Assembly (NCBI GenBank): GCA_009774585.1
Contig: VSOA01000001.1
Span: 1,610 to 65,609, forward strand
Direction: 5' to 3'
DNA: 64,000 nucleotides
From: Lachnospiraceae bacterium
GTDB lineage: Bacteria; Bacillota; Clostridia; Lachnospirales; Lachnospiraceae
Positions 37,596 through 47,684 of the stretch are shown one piece after another. Numbering within the stretch: the stretch's first letter is position 1; each line of letters opens with the position of its first letter. The notes under the pieces were generated by a model. The model saw nothing but the letters and a program-made list of their open reading frames with translations. It did not search any database and was not told the origin of the DNA. A program made the translations under genes and the position numbers.

Positions 37596-38486
37596 ATGAA
37601 AAACAAGAAGATTACACAGGATAAGGTGGTCTATTTTGTCAATTATATATTACTGACCTTACTTATGATTATCGTATTGTACCCGCTTATCTATGTGGTC
37701 AGTTGTTCCTTCAGTTCCGGGGAAGCGCTGATGGCAGGGCGAGTGAAATTTTTACCGGTAGAACCGACTTTACTCAGTTATAAGACAGTATTCAATTACG
37801 GCGATATTTGGATAGGGTATTTGAATTCTATTATTTATACTCTGATTGGAACCGTCATCAGTATCGTGCTTACGCTTCTTGCGGCATATCCGCTTTCCAG
37901 AAGTGACTTTCGCGGCGGCAATGTGCTGATGAAGCTGTTCTTGTTCACCATGATGTTCAACGGTGGTCTGGTTCCTACTTATTTGCTGGTCCGCAATCTC
38001 GGTCTGATTGATACGATCTGGGCGGTAGTGCTGCCAACGGCGGTAAATGCTTACAATATCATAGTGGCGAGAACTTTCTTCCGCCAGACGATTTCCAAGG
38101 ATTTGCAGGAGGCGGCGGAACTGGACGGCTGTTCCGATTTCATGTTCTTTGTAAAGATTGTCATTCCACTGTCCATGTCCATTATTGCAGTGCTTTGCCT
38201 GTGGGTAGTGATTGCGCTTTGGAACGGATATTTCTATCCGTTGATTTATATCAACTCTCAGGAGAAATATCCACTGCAACTGATTCTTCGAAGAATCCTG
38301 CTGATGTCTCAGGTGGATTTCGGTAATTCCGCAGTGGATCCGAAAGTGGTAATGGAGAACCAGTATTTAAGCCAGATGCTCAGATACGGAACGATTATCA
38401 TAAGTAGTTTACCGCTGCTGCTCATCTATCCTTTTGTGCAGAAACATTTTGTCAAGGGCGTTATGATTGGCTCCGTCAAGGGTTAA
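37596..38486 (+). CDS. Carbohydrate ABC transporter permease (LplC-like)
   Basis: A multi-TM ORF with the EAA loop QEAAELDGCSDFMFFVKIVIP. The ribosome-binding site is AAGGAGG. Confidence 0.85.
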   Translation: MKNKKITQDKVVYFVNYILLTLLMIIVLYPLIYVVSCSFSSGEALMAGRVKFLPVEPTLLSYKTVFNYGDIWIGYLNSIIYTLIGTVISIVLTLLAAYPLSRSDFRGGNVLMKLFLFTMMFNGGLVPTYLLVRNLGLIDTIWAVVLPTAVNAYNIIVARTFFRQTISKDLQEAAELDGCSDFMFFVKIVIPLSMSIIAVLCLWVVIALWNGYFYPLIYINSQEKYPLQLILRRILLMSQVDFGNSAVDPKVVMENQYLSQMLRYGTIIISSLPLLLIYPFVQKHFVKGVMIGSVKG

Positions 38487-38560
38487 GCGGACGTAACTGA
38501 TACTTATGTATAAACCGGGGACCCCGTTGTTTATAAAAATGATTTTAAGGAGGAAAAAAA

Positions 38561-40354
38561 ATGAGAAAGAAAATCTTATTGGGAAAGAAACTGATTTCAT
38601 CCGCAGTCGTACTGGCACTCGGAGTTTCTCTCCTGACAGGCTGTGGCAACACGGCGGGAAGTGCAGGCGCGGGAGAGGGCGCTACAGATGGTGGTGCAGC
38701 GGCAAACGGCGATGCCTTCGCATTCGAATCCGTAAGCGATGTTACCTTTCCACTGAAAGAGAAGCTGACAATTGACGTATTCGTTTACGCATCTCTGACA
38801 GGAGGTGGTACTTATCAGGACAATTATGTAACCGACTGGATTGAGGAGAAGACAAACATTCATTTGAATTTTGTTTACGATGTAGACGGCGATGATGCGA
38901 AGACGAAGCTGAATCTGGTGATGACTGATCCTAAGAATCTGCCGGATTTATTTCTGGCAACCGGTTGGACGAAGACCGAACTTCAGAATTATGGTCAGCA
39001 GGGCTTGATCATTCCCATGAACGACCTGCTGGAAGATGCTCCTAACTGGAATGCAATGAATGAAGAGAGTCCTATGAGAAGGGCAGACCTTACCATGTCC
39101 GATGGTAATATCTATACCTACGGCGACAACAACGAGTGTTTCCATTGCCGCTATCAGAACAGAATGTACATCTATATGCCTTGGGTTGAAGCATTGAACG
39201 ACGGCCATATTCCCGAGACCACGGATGAACTGTATGAGTATCTGAAGAAGGTGAAAACCGAAGATCCTAACGGCAACGGCATTGCCGATGAAGTTCCCAT
39301 GACCGGTTATATTGGCGGTTGGGCTTCCGATCCTACGGTGTGGATGATCAACTCTTTTATACAGTGCAATAATCCCTTGAACAACACCAATCCTACTGTT
39401 GCGGCAGGTCTTGTCGTAAACGATGGCAAAGTGGAGTTTTCCGTGATGAAGGAAGAGTACAGAGATGCGCTTCGCTATATCAACAAGCTGTATTCAGAAG
39501 GACTTTTGGATCCTCAGACCTTTACACAGGATAATACGCAGTTTGCTGCAACGCTGAAGAACGAGGAACATCTGGTGGCTGTTTATCCTGCAGGCGGTCC
39601 TCAGACTGACGATGAATTCTGGGCAAATAAGGACGGCGAGTGGCAGAACTGGGAGGTATTCGCGCCCGTAGAAGGTCCCGGAGGCGTAAGACTTTGTGCA
39701 AAGGGTATTGACAACTATTTCGGTATGGGTATCGGCAGCATTTCTTCTACCTGCGAATATCCTGTCATCGTAACGGCTCTCTTGGACTTCCTTGCAAGTG
39801 CGGAAGCTAACAACGTACAGTCCTTTGGCCCGGAAGGCCTTGGCTGGAGATATACCAGCGAGGGAACGTCACTTGCAGGCGGTACTCCTACGGTTGAGAA
39901 ACTGATTATTCCTGAAGATTATGACTGGCTTGGAAATGGTTACGCAAAGGATTACTCCGGCGAAAACGGCAAGCATTATCGTTGGGCATCTGATGCGTCT
40001 GTAAGGTGGTCTTCTGCAAGAGCGCGTGGCGAGTTGATGATTCCGGATCCGGATCATGATACAGAGTTCTATCTGCAGCAGGCAGGTGAAAAGTATCAGC
40101 CTTACGAACCGGCGATGGAGACTCTGGTTCCAAACCTTGTATTTGAAGGTTCTGACGCACAGCTTATCAGTGAAGCAACCTTGCAGATCGGAGGTTATGT
40201 CAATCAGGCGCTGGTACAGTTTGTCACGGGCGATCTTGATATCGAAGACCAGTGGGAAGAGTATCTTAGCACGTTGGAGAAGATGGGTGTGCAGCAGTAC
40301 ATCGATACCTATCAAAAGTACTATGACGCTTATATGGAAAATGCGGTAAAATAA
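38561..40354 (+). CDS. Large extracellular solute-binding lipoprotein (LplA-like) for oligosaccharides
   Basis: Lipobox LSLLTGCGN. The roughly 600-aa size is typical of LplA-type binding proteins partnered with LplB/C permeases. Confidence 0.8.
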   Translation: MRKKILLGKKLISSAVVLALGVSLLTGCGNTAGSAGAGEGATDGGAAANGDAFAFESVSDVTFPLKEKLTIDVFVYASLTGGGTYQDNYVTDWIEEKTNIHLNFVYDVDGDDAKTKLNLVMTDPKNLPDLFLATGWTKTELQNYGQQGLIIPMNDLLEDAPNWNAMNEESPMRRADLTMSDGNIYTYGDNNECFHCRYQNRMYIYMPWVEALNDGHIPETTDELYEYLKKVKTEDPNGNGIADEVPMTGYIGGWASDPTVWMINSFIQCNNPLNNTNPTVAAGLVVNDGKVEFSVMKEEYRDALRYINKLYSEGLLDPQTFTQDNTQFAATLKNEEHLVAVYPAGGPQTDDEFWANKDGEWQNWEVFAPVEGPGGVRLCAKGIDNYFGMGIGSISSTCEYPVIVTALLDFLASAEANNVQSFGPEGLGWRYTSEGTSLAGGTPTVEKLIIPEDYDWLGNGYAKDYSGENGKHYRWASDASVRWSSARARGELMIPDPDHDTEFYLQQAGEKYQPYEPAMETLVPNLVFEGSDAQLISEATLQIGGYVNQALVQFVTGDLDIEDQWEEYLSTLEKMGVQQYIDTYQKYYDAYMENAVK

Positions 40355-40395
40355 GGAAAGATGCTGCGATAATGAAATAGATAAGTTCGTTCTTT

Positions 40396-40424
40396 CAATG
40401 AGGGTGTCCCCCGGACATCCTCAT
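40396..40424 (+). other. Intercistronic stem-loop (13 bp, no U-tract) between the binding-protein gene and downstream hydrolase genes
   Basis: AATGAGGGTGTCC-ccc-GGACATCCTCATT forms 13 pairs including one G-U. An A-run follows rather than a T-run. Confidence 0.6.
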
Positions 40425-40453
40425 TTAAAAAAAGGAAAGGCAGTGTATTCCCG

Positions 40454-42751
40454 ATGCATGTACAGAAACATTTTATCAGAAAAGAAGCCGGAGCACGCTG
40501 GCTGGACGCAACGCCCATGGGAAACGGATTCATGGGGGCAATGGTCTACGGACATACCACAAAGGATAGAATACAGTTGAATGAGGATTCTTTATGGTAT
40601 GGCAAATTCAGAGACAGAATCAATCCCAATGCGAAAGAGCATTTGAAGGAGATTCAGGAATTGATTCTTGACAGAAGGTTTGAAGAGGCGGAAGAACTGA
40701 TGTTCTCCCACATGGTATCTGTGCCCGGTAATATGAGGAATTTCTCGCCCTTGGGCGAACTTGACCTCGCACTTAATACGGCGCTTCCGTTTCAGATGGG
40801 ATGGCTGCCGGAATCCGACGGTGAGAATTATGTATCTGATTTGAATATGGAAGAAGGCATTCTTCGTATTTCCCATGAAGACAAGGGTGTGCGGTATGTA
40901 AGGGAAATGTTTGTCAGCAATCCCGACAGAGTGCTCTGCATCCGCTTAAAGAGCGATAAGGAGAAGGCAATCCGGCTGGATATGCTGCTCAATCGTGTAC
41001 CTTTCACAGACCAGAGACTGCCCGATGACAGAAGACCGGGGAAATTCGTTAGCGCCGGCGTATGGCCAGTGACCAGATGTGAGAAAATTTATACGGAAAA
41101 CGGACACACGCTGATGATGGAGGGGGATGAAAACGGTACGAAATTCGCCTGCGGGCTGACCGTGGTAACGGATGGACGAATCGAAGACTGTTATGCGAAG
41201 CTGGTTGCCCATGAAGCGAGCGAGGTCGTGATTTATCTGGCAGCTTCTACGGACAACAGAGAAGAAGATTACCTCGGCAGTGTGAAGTCCACGCTTACGG
41301 CGGCGAGAGCCAAAGGATATGATGATAGTAAGGCGGCTCATATTGCGGATTTTACTTCTTATATGAAGAGATGTACGCTGGCGATTCCCGAGGATGAGAA
41401 AGCGGGAATGTATTTCCAGTATGCGAGATATCTGCTCGTATCCGCCGGCAGAGAGGGTTCGACTGCCATGAACCTGCAGGGGATCTGGAATCATGAATTC
41501 TGTCCAAGCTGGGAGAGCAAATATACGACGAATATCAATCTGCAGATGAATTACTGGCCGACAGAAATCTGTAATCTCTCGACGCTCCATGAGCCGCTCT
41601 TTGATCTGATACATACGGTGCAGATGCGGGGGCGCGATGTGGCGAAGAGGATGTATGGATGCAGGGGAACGATGTGTCATCATAATACCGATATCTACGG
41701 TGACTGCGGTACGCAGGATATGTATGCGGCGGCTGCGTTCTGGCAGATTGGCGGCGCATGGATGGCAATGCATCTGTGGGAGCATTATCTTTTTACATTG
41801 GATGAGGAGTTCTTGAGAAAAGAATATCCCGTGATGGAAGAATTTGCACTTTTCTTCGTGGATTACCTGATTAAGGATAAGGAAGGGTATCTGGTGACCT
41901 GTCCTTCCGTATCTCCGGAGAACAGATTCGTTCTGGAAGACGGATCCGATACGCCAATCTGCGCGGGTCCTACTATGGACAATCAGATTATCAGAGCACT
42001 GATGAGAGCCTGTCTGGAAGCGGCGAAGATACTGGGCATCGAAAGCCCTTATAAGGCGGATTTCAAGAGGATCATCAGAGAACTTCGTCCCAATCAGATT
42101 GATTCTACCGGCAGATTGAAGGAATGGGCCTTAGAAGAGAAAGAACTTACTCCGGATATGGTACATACTTCTCATCTGTGGGCGGTATATCCGGGAGATG
42201 AGATTTCATGGAGTAAGGATAAGACAATATATGAAGCGGCAAGAAATTCTTTGGATTCAAGGATCGGGCACGGCGCAAAAGCGACAGGCTGGGGCGGCGC
42301 ATGGCATATCGCATTTTTTGCCAGATTCTTAAACGGCGAGGGCGCGCAGACTGCCATCGAGAGAATGTTTGACAAGAGCCTTACGGAAAGCTTGCTGAAC
42401 GCCGGATATGTATTTCAGATTGACGGGAATCTTGGACTTTTGTCCGGTATGGCGGAATGTCTGCTGCAAAGCCATGTAGGAGTACATTTCCTCCCCGCGC
42501 TTCCGCCCAAGTGGAAGAATGGCAAGGTGAAAGGATTGCGCGCAAGAGGCGGTGTGGAAGTGGATATGGAATGGAAGGACGGATGTATGCAGAAAGCAGA
42601 GGTTCGTGCGGACAAGAGCCGCAGGACGCTGTTTGTGGGCGGCTCTCCTGCGCAGATTATCTGCGGAGGTGAAGAGATTTCATGGGATAAGGAAGAAATC
42701 GGGTATTCTGTGATACTGGAAGCAGGCAAAGCGTATGAATTTGTGTTTTAG
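40454..42751 (+). CDS. GH95 alpha-L-fucosidase/alpha-L-galactosidase (paralog 2); cytoplasmic
   Basis: The motifs WLDATPMGNGFMGAMVYG and YTTNINLQMNYW are present, and the protein is collinear with paralog 1. The SD is weak at the chosen ATG. Confidence 0.8.
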   Translation: MHVQKHFIRKEAGARWLDATPMGNGFMGAMVYGHTTKDRIQLNEDSLWYGKFRDRINPNAKEHLKEIQELILDRRFEEAEELMFSHMVSVPGNMRNFSPLGELDLALNTALPFQMGWLPESDGENYVSDLNMEEGILRISHEDKGVRYVREMFVSNPDRVLCIRLKSDKEKAIRLDMLLNRVPFTDQRLPDDRRPGKFVSAGVWPVTRCEKIYTENGHTLMMEGDENGTKFACGLTVVTDGRIEDCYAKLVAHEASEVVIYLAASTDNREEDYLGSVKSTLTAARAKGYDDSKAAHIADFTSYMKRCTLAIPEDEKAGMYFQYARYLLVSAGREGSTAMNLQGIWNHEFCPSWESKYTTNINLQMNYWPTEICNLSTLHEPLFDLIHTVQMRGRDVAKRMYGCRGTMCHHNTDIYGDCGTQDMYAAAAFWQIGGAWMAMHLWEHYLFTLDEEFLRKEYPVMEEFALFFVDYLIKDKEGYLVTCPSVSPENRFVLEDGSDTPICAGPTMDNQIIRALMRACLEAAKILGIESPYKADFKRIIRELRPNQIDSTGRLKEWALEEKELTPDMVHTSHLWAVYPGDEISWSKDKTIYEAARNSLDSRIGHGAKATGWGGAWHIAFFARFLNGEGAQTAIERMFDKSLTESLLNAGYVFQIDGNLGLLSGMAECLLQSHVGVHFLPALPPKWKNGKVKGLRARGGVEVDMEWKDGCMQKAEVRADKSRRTLFVGGSPAQIICGGEEISWDKEEIGYSVILEAGKAYEFVF

Positions 42752-42774
42752 GCGAAAATAGGAGACGGACAGGT

Positions 42775-45210
42775 ATGGAACAGGGACAGAAAATCTTAAT
42801 CAATCAAGACTGGAAATTTATGCATGGTGATTTTCCGGAGGCGAAAGAACCGGAATATGACGACAGTAAATGGTATGATATCGGAATTCCGCATTCTTTT
42901 GGCATTCCGTACTTCATGGAGAAGCAATTTTATATAGGATACGGATGCTACCGCAAATGGCTGCAGATAGAGGAAGGCTTTGATACGAAGAAGTTGTATC
43001 TGGAATTTCAGGCAAGTTTTCAGGATACGGAAGTGTATGTGAACGGAGAACTTGCAGGCACGCATAAAGGCGGTTATACGGCATTTTTGATAGAGATTAC
43101 TTCATTTGTACACGCCGGAGCCAACTTAGTTTTTGTGCGTGTGAACAATCTGTGGAATGCGAGAATCGCGCCAAGGGGCGGCGAGCATGTCTTCAACGGC
43201 GGTATTTACAGGGACGTGAGTCTGATTGTGAAGGAGAAAGTGCACGTAGCGTGGTATGGTACCCGCGTGACGACGCCGGAGGTGTCCGCAGACAAAGCGC
43301 GTATCGTGGCGGAGACGGAAGTGGAGAATACTTCTGACGTGCAGGCGGACGGCAGATTGGAATCCATTCTTCTCTATCAAGGAGAAGAGGTGGGCAGAAT
43401 GGAGAGTGTGTTTTCCATTGCGCCAGCGAGTATGCCTAAGATGGTGCAGGAGCAGTCTGTTGCCAACCCGAAGCTCTGGCATCCGGATACGCCGAATCTG
43501 TATACTATGGTCAGCAAGGTATATTTGAACGATGAACTTGTGGACACTTGTGAGACGGTATTTGGCATTCGGTATTTTGAGTTTACGGCTGATAAGGGCT
43601 TCTTCTTAAATGGAGCGCATTACGATATTCATGGCGCGAATGTGCATCAGGACCAGGCGGGCTGGTCGGATGCCGTGACGCATACGGCTATTGCGAGAGA
43701 TATCGCTATGGTGAAGGAATGCGGGATGAATTTCATCCGCGGTTCTCATTATCCTCATCATCCGTATTTTGCTAAGGAATGTGACAGACAGGGCCTCCTC
43801 TTCTGGTCGGAGAACTGTTTCTGGGGAACCGGGGGAGCAAAAGAAGAGGGCTACTGGACGGCGAGCGCTTATCCTGTGAACGAGGAAGATGAAGAGGAAT
43901 TTGAAGCAAGCTGTATGCAGACGCTTAGGGAGATGATTCTGGTGAACCGTAATCATCCCAGTATCATTGTGTGGAGTATGTGCAACGAGCCGTTTTTCTC
44001 ATCTCTGGAGGTACTCGACAAGGCGCGGGCGCTTGTTAGAAAATTAGTAGAGTACAGTCACGAACTGGATGATTCCCGACCGGCAGCGGTGGGCGGTGCG
44101 CAGAGAGGCGGTTTCGATGCTCTAGGTGATATTGCGGGATACAATGGAGACGGCGCATCTATCTTCCACAATCCCGGGTTCCCGAATTTTGTATCCGAGT
44201 ACGGAAGCAGTGTGCTGGACCGCCCGGGTGAGTTTATTCACCGATACAGAGACGGTGTGGAAGAGGATTATCCGTGGAGAAGCGGCAAGTGCTTATGGTG
44301 CGCATTCCACCACGGCAGTATCCTCGGCAATATGGGACATATGGGGATGATTGACTATTACAGACTGCCTTTGGATACATGGTATTGGTATCGCGAGAAT
44401 CTGGCAGGCGTTCCGCGTCCGGAGATACCGAAGGCTGGGGAACCTCATAGAATCCGTCTGACGGCGAGCAGTCTTACCATGAAATGTGACGGTACGGAGG
44501 ATGTGAAGATTACGGCGGAAGTGCTGAATGAAGAGGGCGAGAGAATTGACTGTAATCCGCAGATAGAACTTACGGTCGTTTCCGGTCCCGGCAGATTTCC
44601 GACCGGCAGGATATTTACGTTGTCGTCAGAGAAGGAGAATCTGATTCAGGGGGCTGGCGCTATTACGCTTCGCGCTTATGACGGCGGTGAGACGATAGTG
44701 CGCGCAGTCTGCGAAGGCGTGCATGGCGATGAAATTAGGATTCAGGTAATCGGCGAGGAAGCGCAGGAAGGATGCGCGCGTGTAGAACTTCTGCCTCCGC
44801 CCTATGTGTGTGATGAACCCAAGCGCAAGAAGCTTGACAATATTGCCATCAACCGCCCTGTATTCTGCACGAGTGCATTGGAAGCGCATCCGGCGCGGAA
44901 TGTGACGAACGGTGATATGACGATGTATTGGCGCCCGGCAGAAGAGGATACGGAGCGCATGGTATTGGTGGATCTGGAAGGTACGAAGGAGATTCAAAGC
45001 GTGACGGTTGTCTTTGCGGAAGTGACGAATGCAGAGTATGAGATTCTGTTAACGGATGACCGGAAGACATATCGCAGCGTCTATACCTCGGAGAAGCTTA
45101 ATATTGATAATTATCTGACGGTTCGTCTGCCGGGGGAGAAGACGAGATATGTCTGCGTGAGATTTCCTAAGAAAGCTGTTGGCGTGTATAAGGTGGAAGT
45201 GTTTGCTTAA
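42775..45210 (+). CDS. GH2-family glycoside hydrolase (beta-galactosidase-like) with a C-terminal F5/8-type-C (discoidin) domain
   Basis: The GH2 N-terminal sugar-binding pattern is INQDWKF...GGYTAF. The TIM-barrel motifs are NFIRGSHYPH and WSMCNEP. No signal peptide is present. Confidence 0.8.
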   Translation: MEQGQKILINQDWKFMHGDFPEAKEPEYDDSKWYDIGIPHSFGIPYFMEKQFYIGYGCYRKWLQIEEGFDTKKLYLEFQASFQDTEVYVNGELAGTHKGGYTAFLIEITSFVHAGANLVFVRVNNLWNARIAPRGGEHVFNGGIYRDVSLIVKEKVHVAWYGTRVTTPEVSADKARIVAETEVENTSDVQADGRLESILLYQGEEVGRMESVFSIAPASMPKMVQEQSVANPKLWHPDTPNLYTMVSKVYLNDELVDTCETVFGIRYFEFTADKGFFLNGAHYDIHGANVHQDQAGWSDAVTHTAIARDIAMVKECGMNFIRGSHYPHHPYFAKECDRQGLLFWSENCFWGTGGAKEEGYWTASAYPVNEEDEEEFEASCMQTLREMILVNRNHPSIIVWSMCNEPFFSSLEVLDKARALVRKLVEYSHELDDSRPAAVGGAQRGGFDALGDIAGYNGDGASIFHNPGFPNFVSEYGSSVLDRPGEFIHRYRDGVEEDYPWRSGKCLWCAFHHGSILGNMGHMGMIDYYRLPLDTWYWYRENLAGVPRPEIPKAGEPHRIRLTASSLTMKCDGTEDVKITAEVLNEEGERIDCNPQIELTVVSGPGRFPTGRIFTLSSEKENLIQGAGAITLRAYDGGETIVRAVCEGVHGDEIRIQVIGEEAQEGCARVELLPPPYVCDEPKRKKLDNIAINRPVFCTSALEAHPARNVTNGDMTMYWRPAEEDTERMVLVDLEGTKEIQSVTVVFAEVTNAEYEILLTDDRKTYRSVYTSEKLNIDNYLTVRLPGEKTRYVCVRFPKKAVGVYKVEVFA

Positions 45211-45225
45211 GAGGAGGAAAAGGAA

Positions 45226-47637
45226 ATGTTGGATGTGATATCCCCCAAATGCAGGTTGATTACAAAGGTTTACAGGGAAGGAAACGGCCTATACCTGACG
45301 GCGGAGGCAGGACTTCTAAGATTGCTGCCTGAGAAGGAGGGCATTGTGCGGGTCTCTTTTACGGACAAGGAAAATTTCACTGAAGGTCAGGGCAGGCATA
45401 TCAAAGATCTGTCAGAGATGAGATTTGCAGATGAGGGAGAGGATGCCTGCAGTCTTGAAGGGGTGTGGAACTACAAAGAGACAGAGAATGAGATTTGCCT
45501 GTATACGAAAGCGCTCAGTGTAAATGTAAACCGCAGGAGCGGCTCGATACGTTTCTGCAAGGCGGATGGCAGCATATTGCTTGCGGAAGCAGATCAAGAG
45601 AGCAGGACGCTTGAGGAGTTTGACTGCTATCGCACGGTAATCAATGAAAATACAAGAGTAGAAGAGGTGCAGACTCCGGATGGTGTCAAGCGTCTGATCA
45701 AAGAGGCGGACAAGGAGTTTGCCGGCAAACTTTATCATACTACGCTGCATCTTAAGTTTGCAGACGGAGAAAAACTGTACGGACTGGGACAGGCGGAGGA
45801 AGGAGTGTGGAATCTGCGCGGCACCACCCAGTATCTTCATCAGGCGAATTTGAAAATTGCCGTACCGGTACTGCTCTCAAGTAAGGGATGGGGTATTATG
45901 CTGTCTACCCAGAGTCCTGCCGTATTTCAGGATACGGCTTACGGTTCTTATCTGCATACGGAAGCGGATGAATATCTGGATTATTATTTCCTGACGGGGG
46001 AGACACTAAAGTGCGTGGTTAAAGGCATTCGGGAACTTACCGGCAGGGCGGTGATGCTGCCGAAATGGGCTTTCGGATATATTCAGTCCCAAGAGCGGTA
46101 TGAGACAGCGAAAGAACTGATAGATACGGCGCAGGAATTCCGTGACCGGAAGCTGGGGCTCGATTGTCTGGTGCTTGATTGGATGAGCTGGCAAGGTAAT
46201 CTCTGGGGACAGAAGACTTTGGATGAGACGAGATTTCCCAATCCTCATGAGATGATAGAGAAACTGCATGAAAAGCAGGTACACTTTATGATCTCTATCT
46301 GGCCCAATATGACTACAATAAGCGATAACTATCAGGAATTTTCCAAGAAGGGCTGCCTGCTTCCTGCAAGTGAAGTGTATGACGCCTTTCGTGAAGAAGG
46401 AAGAAAGTTATACTGGGAACAGACTGAAAGAGGGCTTTTCGCACATGGCGTAGATGCATGGTGGTGTGATTCCAGCGAACCGATTACCCCGGAATGGGGC
46501 AGAAGTCATAAGCCGGAACCGGGAGAGGCGTATCGGGATTTCGTGGAAAATGCCGCAAATTGTATGCCGATCGAGCAGGCCAATGCGTATGGTCTTTACC
46601 ATGCGAAAGCTATATATGATGGACAAAGAGGCAGCACCGATGCGAAGAGAGTGACGAATCTGACGCGAAACGGGTATCTGGGCAGTCAGAAATACGGTAC
46701 AATTCTCTGGTCCGGAGATACCTATGCAAGCTGGGAGACTCTGAAAAAGCAGATTGTGGCAGGACTGCAGTTCACCGTAACCGGACTGCCTTACTGGACG
46801 CTTGATATAGGTGCATTCTTCGTAAAGAACGGAACGCCTTGGTTCTGGAAGGGTGAGTATGAGAAGGGCAATGAGGATTTGGGTTATAGAGAATTGTATA
46901 CAAGGTGGTTCCAGTATGGCGCATTTCTGCCAATATTCAGAAGCCACGGAACGGATTGTCGTAGGGAGCCGTGGCATTTTGGCAAAGCGGGCGAGCTTTT
47001 CTATGAGGCGATTGCGGCGGCAATCCGCTTGAGATACCGTCTGCTTCCGTACCTGTATTCTCTGGCGGGAGCAGTATGGAGAGAGCATGACACCATCATG
47101 CGGCCGCTTGTATTTGATTTTCCGTCAGATGAGAAAGCGTGCGGGATATCCGATGAGTATATGGTAGGACCGTCTCTTCTTGTGTGTCCTGTGACAACGC
47201 CCATGTACTATCTGGCAGACAGTGTGCCGGTGGACAATGCATCCTACACCAGACAAGTGTATCTGCCGGCAGGAAGTGATTGGTATGACCTTCGCACGAA
47301 TGAAAAATATGCGGGCGGACAAGAGATTGCCGCGACAGCGGATATTGCGGGGATTCCCGTATATGCGCGCGCGGGTGCAGTTGTGCCTATGATGGAACCG
47401 GGCGTAAGTACGCAGGATATGGAAGGGAAGGATATCTGCCTGAAAGTATATCCCGGTGCGGACGGCGCGTTCACATTGTATGAGGATGCCGGAGACGGCT
47501 ACGGGTATGAGAACGGAGAGTATTGTCTCACTCATATCACCTACAGTGAGAACGACGGCAAGGTATCTATGGTATCGGAAGGTGATACCGTATGGCGTAA
47601 GGGCGAACTGAAGGTGGAGATTGTCTCTGCTTCATGA
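45226..47637 (+). CDS. GH31-family glycoside hydrolase (alpha-xylosidase/alpha-glucosidase)
   Basis: The GH31 motifs KWAFGYIQSQERY, DAWWCDSSEP (nucleophile region) and WSGDTYASW are present. No signal peptide is present. The xylosidase specificity is inferred from genomic context. Confidence 0.8.
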   Translation: MLDVISPKCRLITKVYREGNGLYLTAEAGLLRLLPEKEGIVRVSFTDKENFTEGQGRHIKDLSEMRFADEGEDACSLEGVWNYKETENEICLYTKALSVNVNRRSGSIRFCKADGSILLAEADQESRTLEEFDCYRTVINENTRVEEVQTPDGVKRLIKEADKEFAGKLYHTTLHLKFADGEKLYGLGQAEEGVWNLRGTTQYLHQANLKIAVPVLLSSKGWGIMLSTQSPAVFQDTAYGSYLHTEADEYLDYYFLTGETLKCVVKGIRELTGRAVMLPKWAFGYIQSQERYETAKELIDTAQEFRDRKLGLDCLVLDWMSWQGNLWGQKTLDETRFPNPHEMIEKLHEKQVHFMISIWPNMTTISDNYQEFSKKGCLLPASEVYDAFREEGRKLYWEQTERGLFAHGVDAWWCDSSEPITPEWGRSHKPEPGEAYRDFVENAANCMPIEQANAYGLYHAKAIYDGQRGSTDAKRVTNLTRNGYLGSQKYGTILWSGDTYASWETLKKQIVAGLQFTVTGLPYWTLDIGAFFVKNGTPWFWKGEYEKGNEDLGYRELYTRWFQYGAFLPIFRSHGTDCRREPWHFGKAGELFYEAIAAAIRLRYRLLPYLYSLAGAVWREHDTIMRPLVFDFPSDEKACGISDEYMVGPSLLVCPVTTPMYYLADSVPVDNASYTRQVYLPAGSDWYDLRTNEKYAGGQEIAATADIAGIPVYARAGAVVPMMEPGVSTQDMEGKDICLKVYPGADGAFTLYEDAGDGYGYENGEYCLTHITYSENDGKVSMVSEGDTVWRKGELKVEIVSAS

Positions 47638-47684
47638 GCGGTCAGGTCAAGAAACACGCAACGATAAGTGAAGGATTAAGATTT

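Noticed and set aside
38506-38775. An 89-aa ORF overlapping the start of the solute-binding-protein gene.
   Set aside because: It is in a different frame from a gene that has a strong ribosome-binding site and a lipobox. It is Arg/Gly-rich and low in complexity, so it is most likely a chance ORF.
40946-41785. A 279-aa antisense ORF inside GH95 paralog 2. Similar long antisense or out-of-frame ORFs occur at 2410-3021, 46408-47088, 50035-50724, 37770-38279 and 39869-40315.
   Set aside because: All are embedded in genes that have clear family motifs on the other strand or frame. They are Arg/Ser/His-rich and low in complexity, and they lack translation signals. They are most likely chance open frames.
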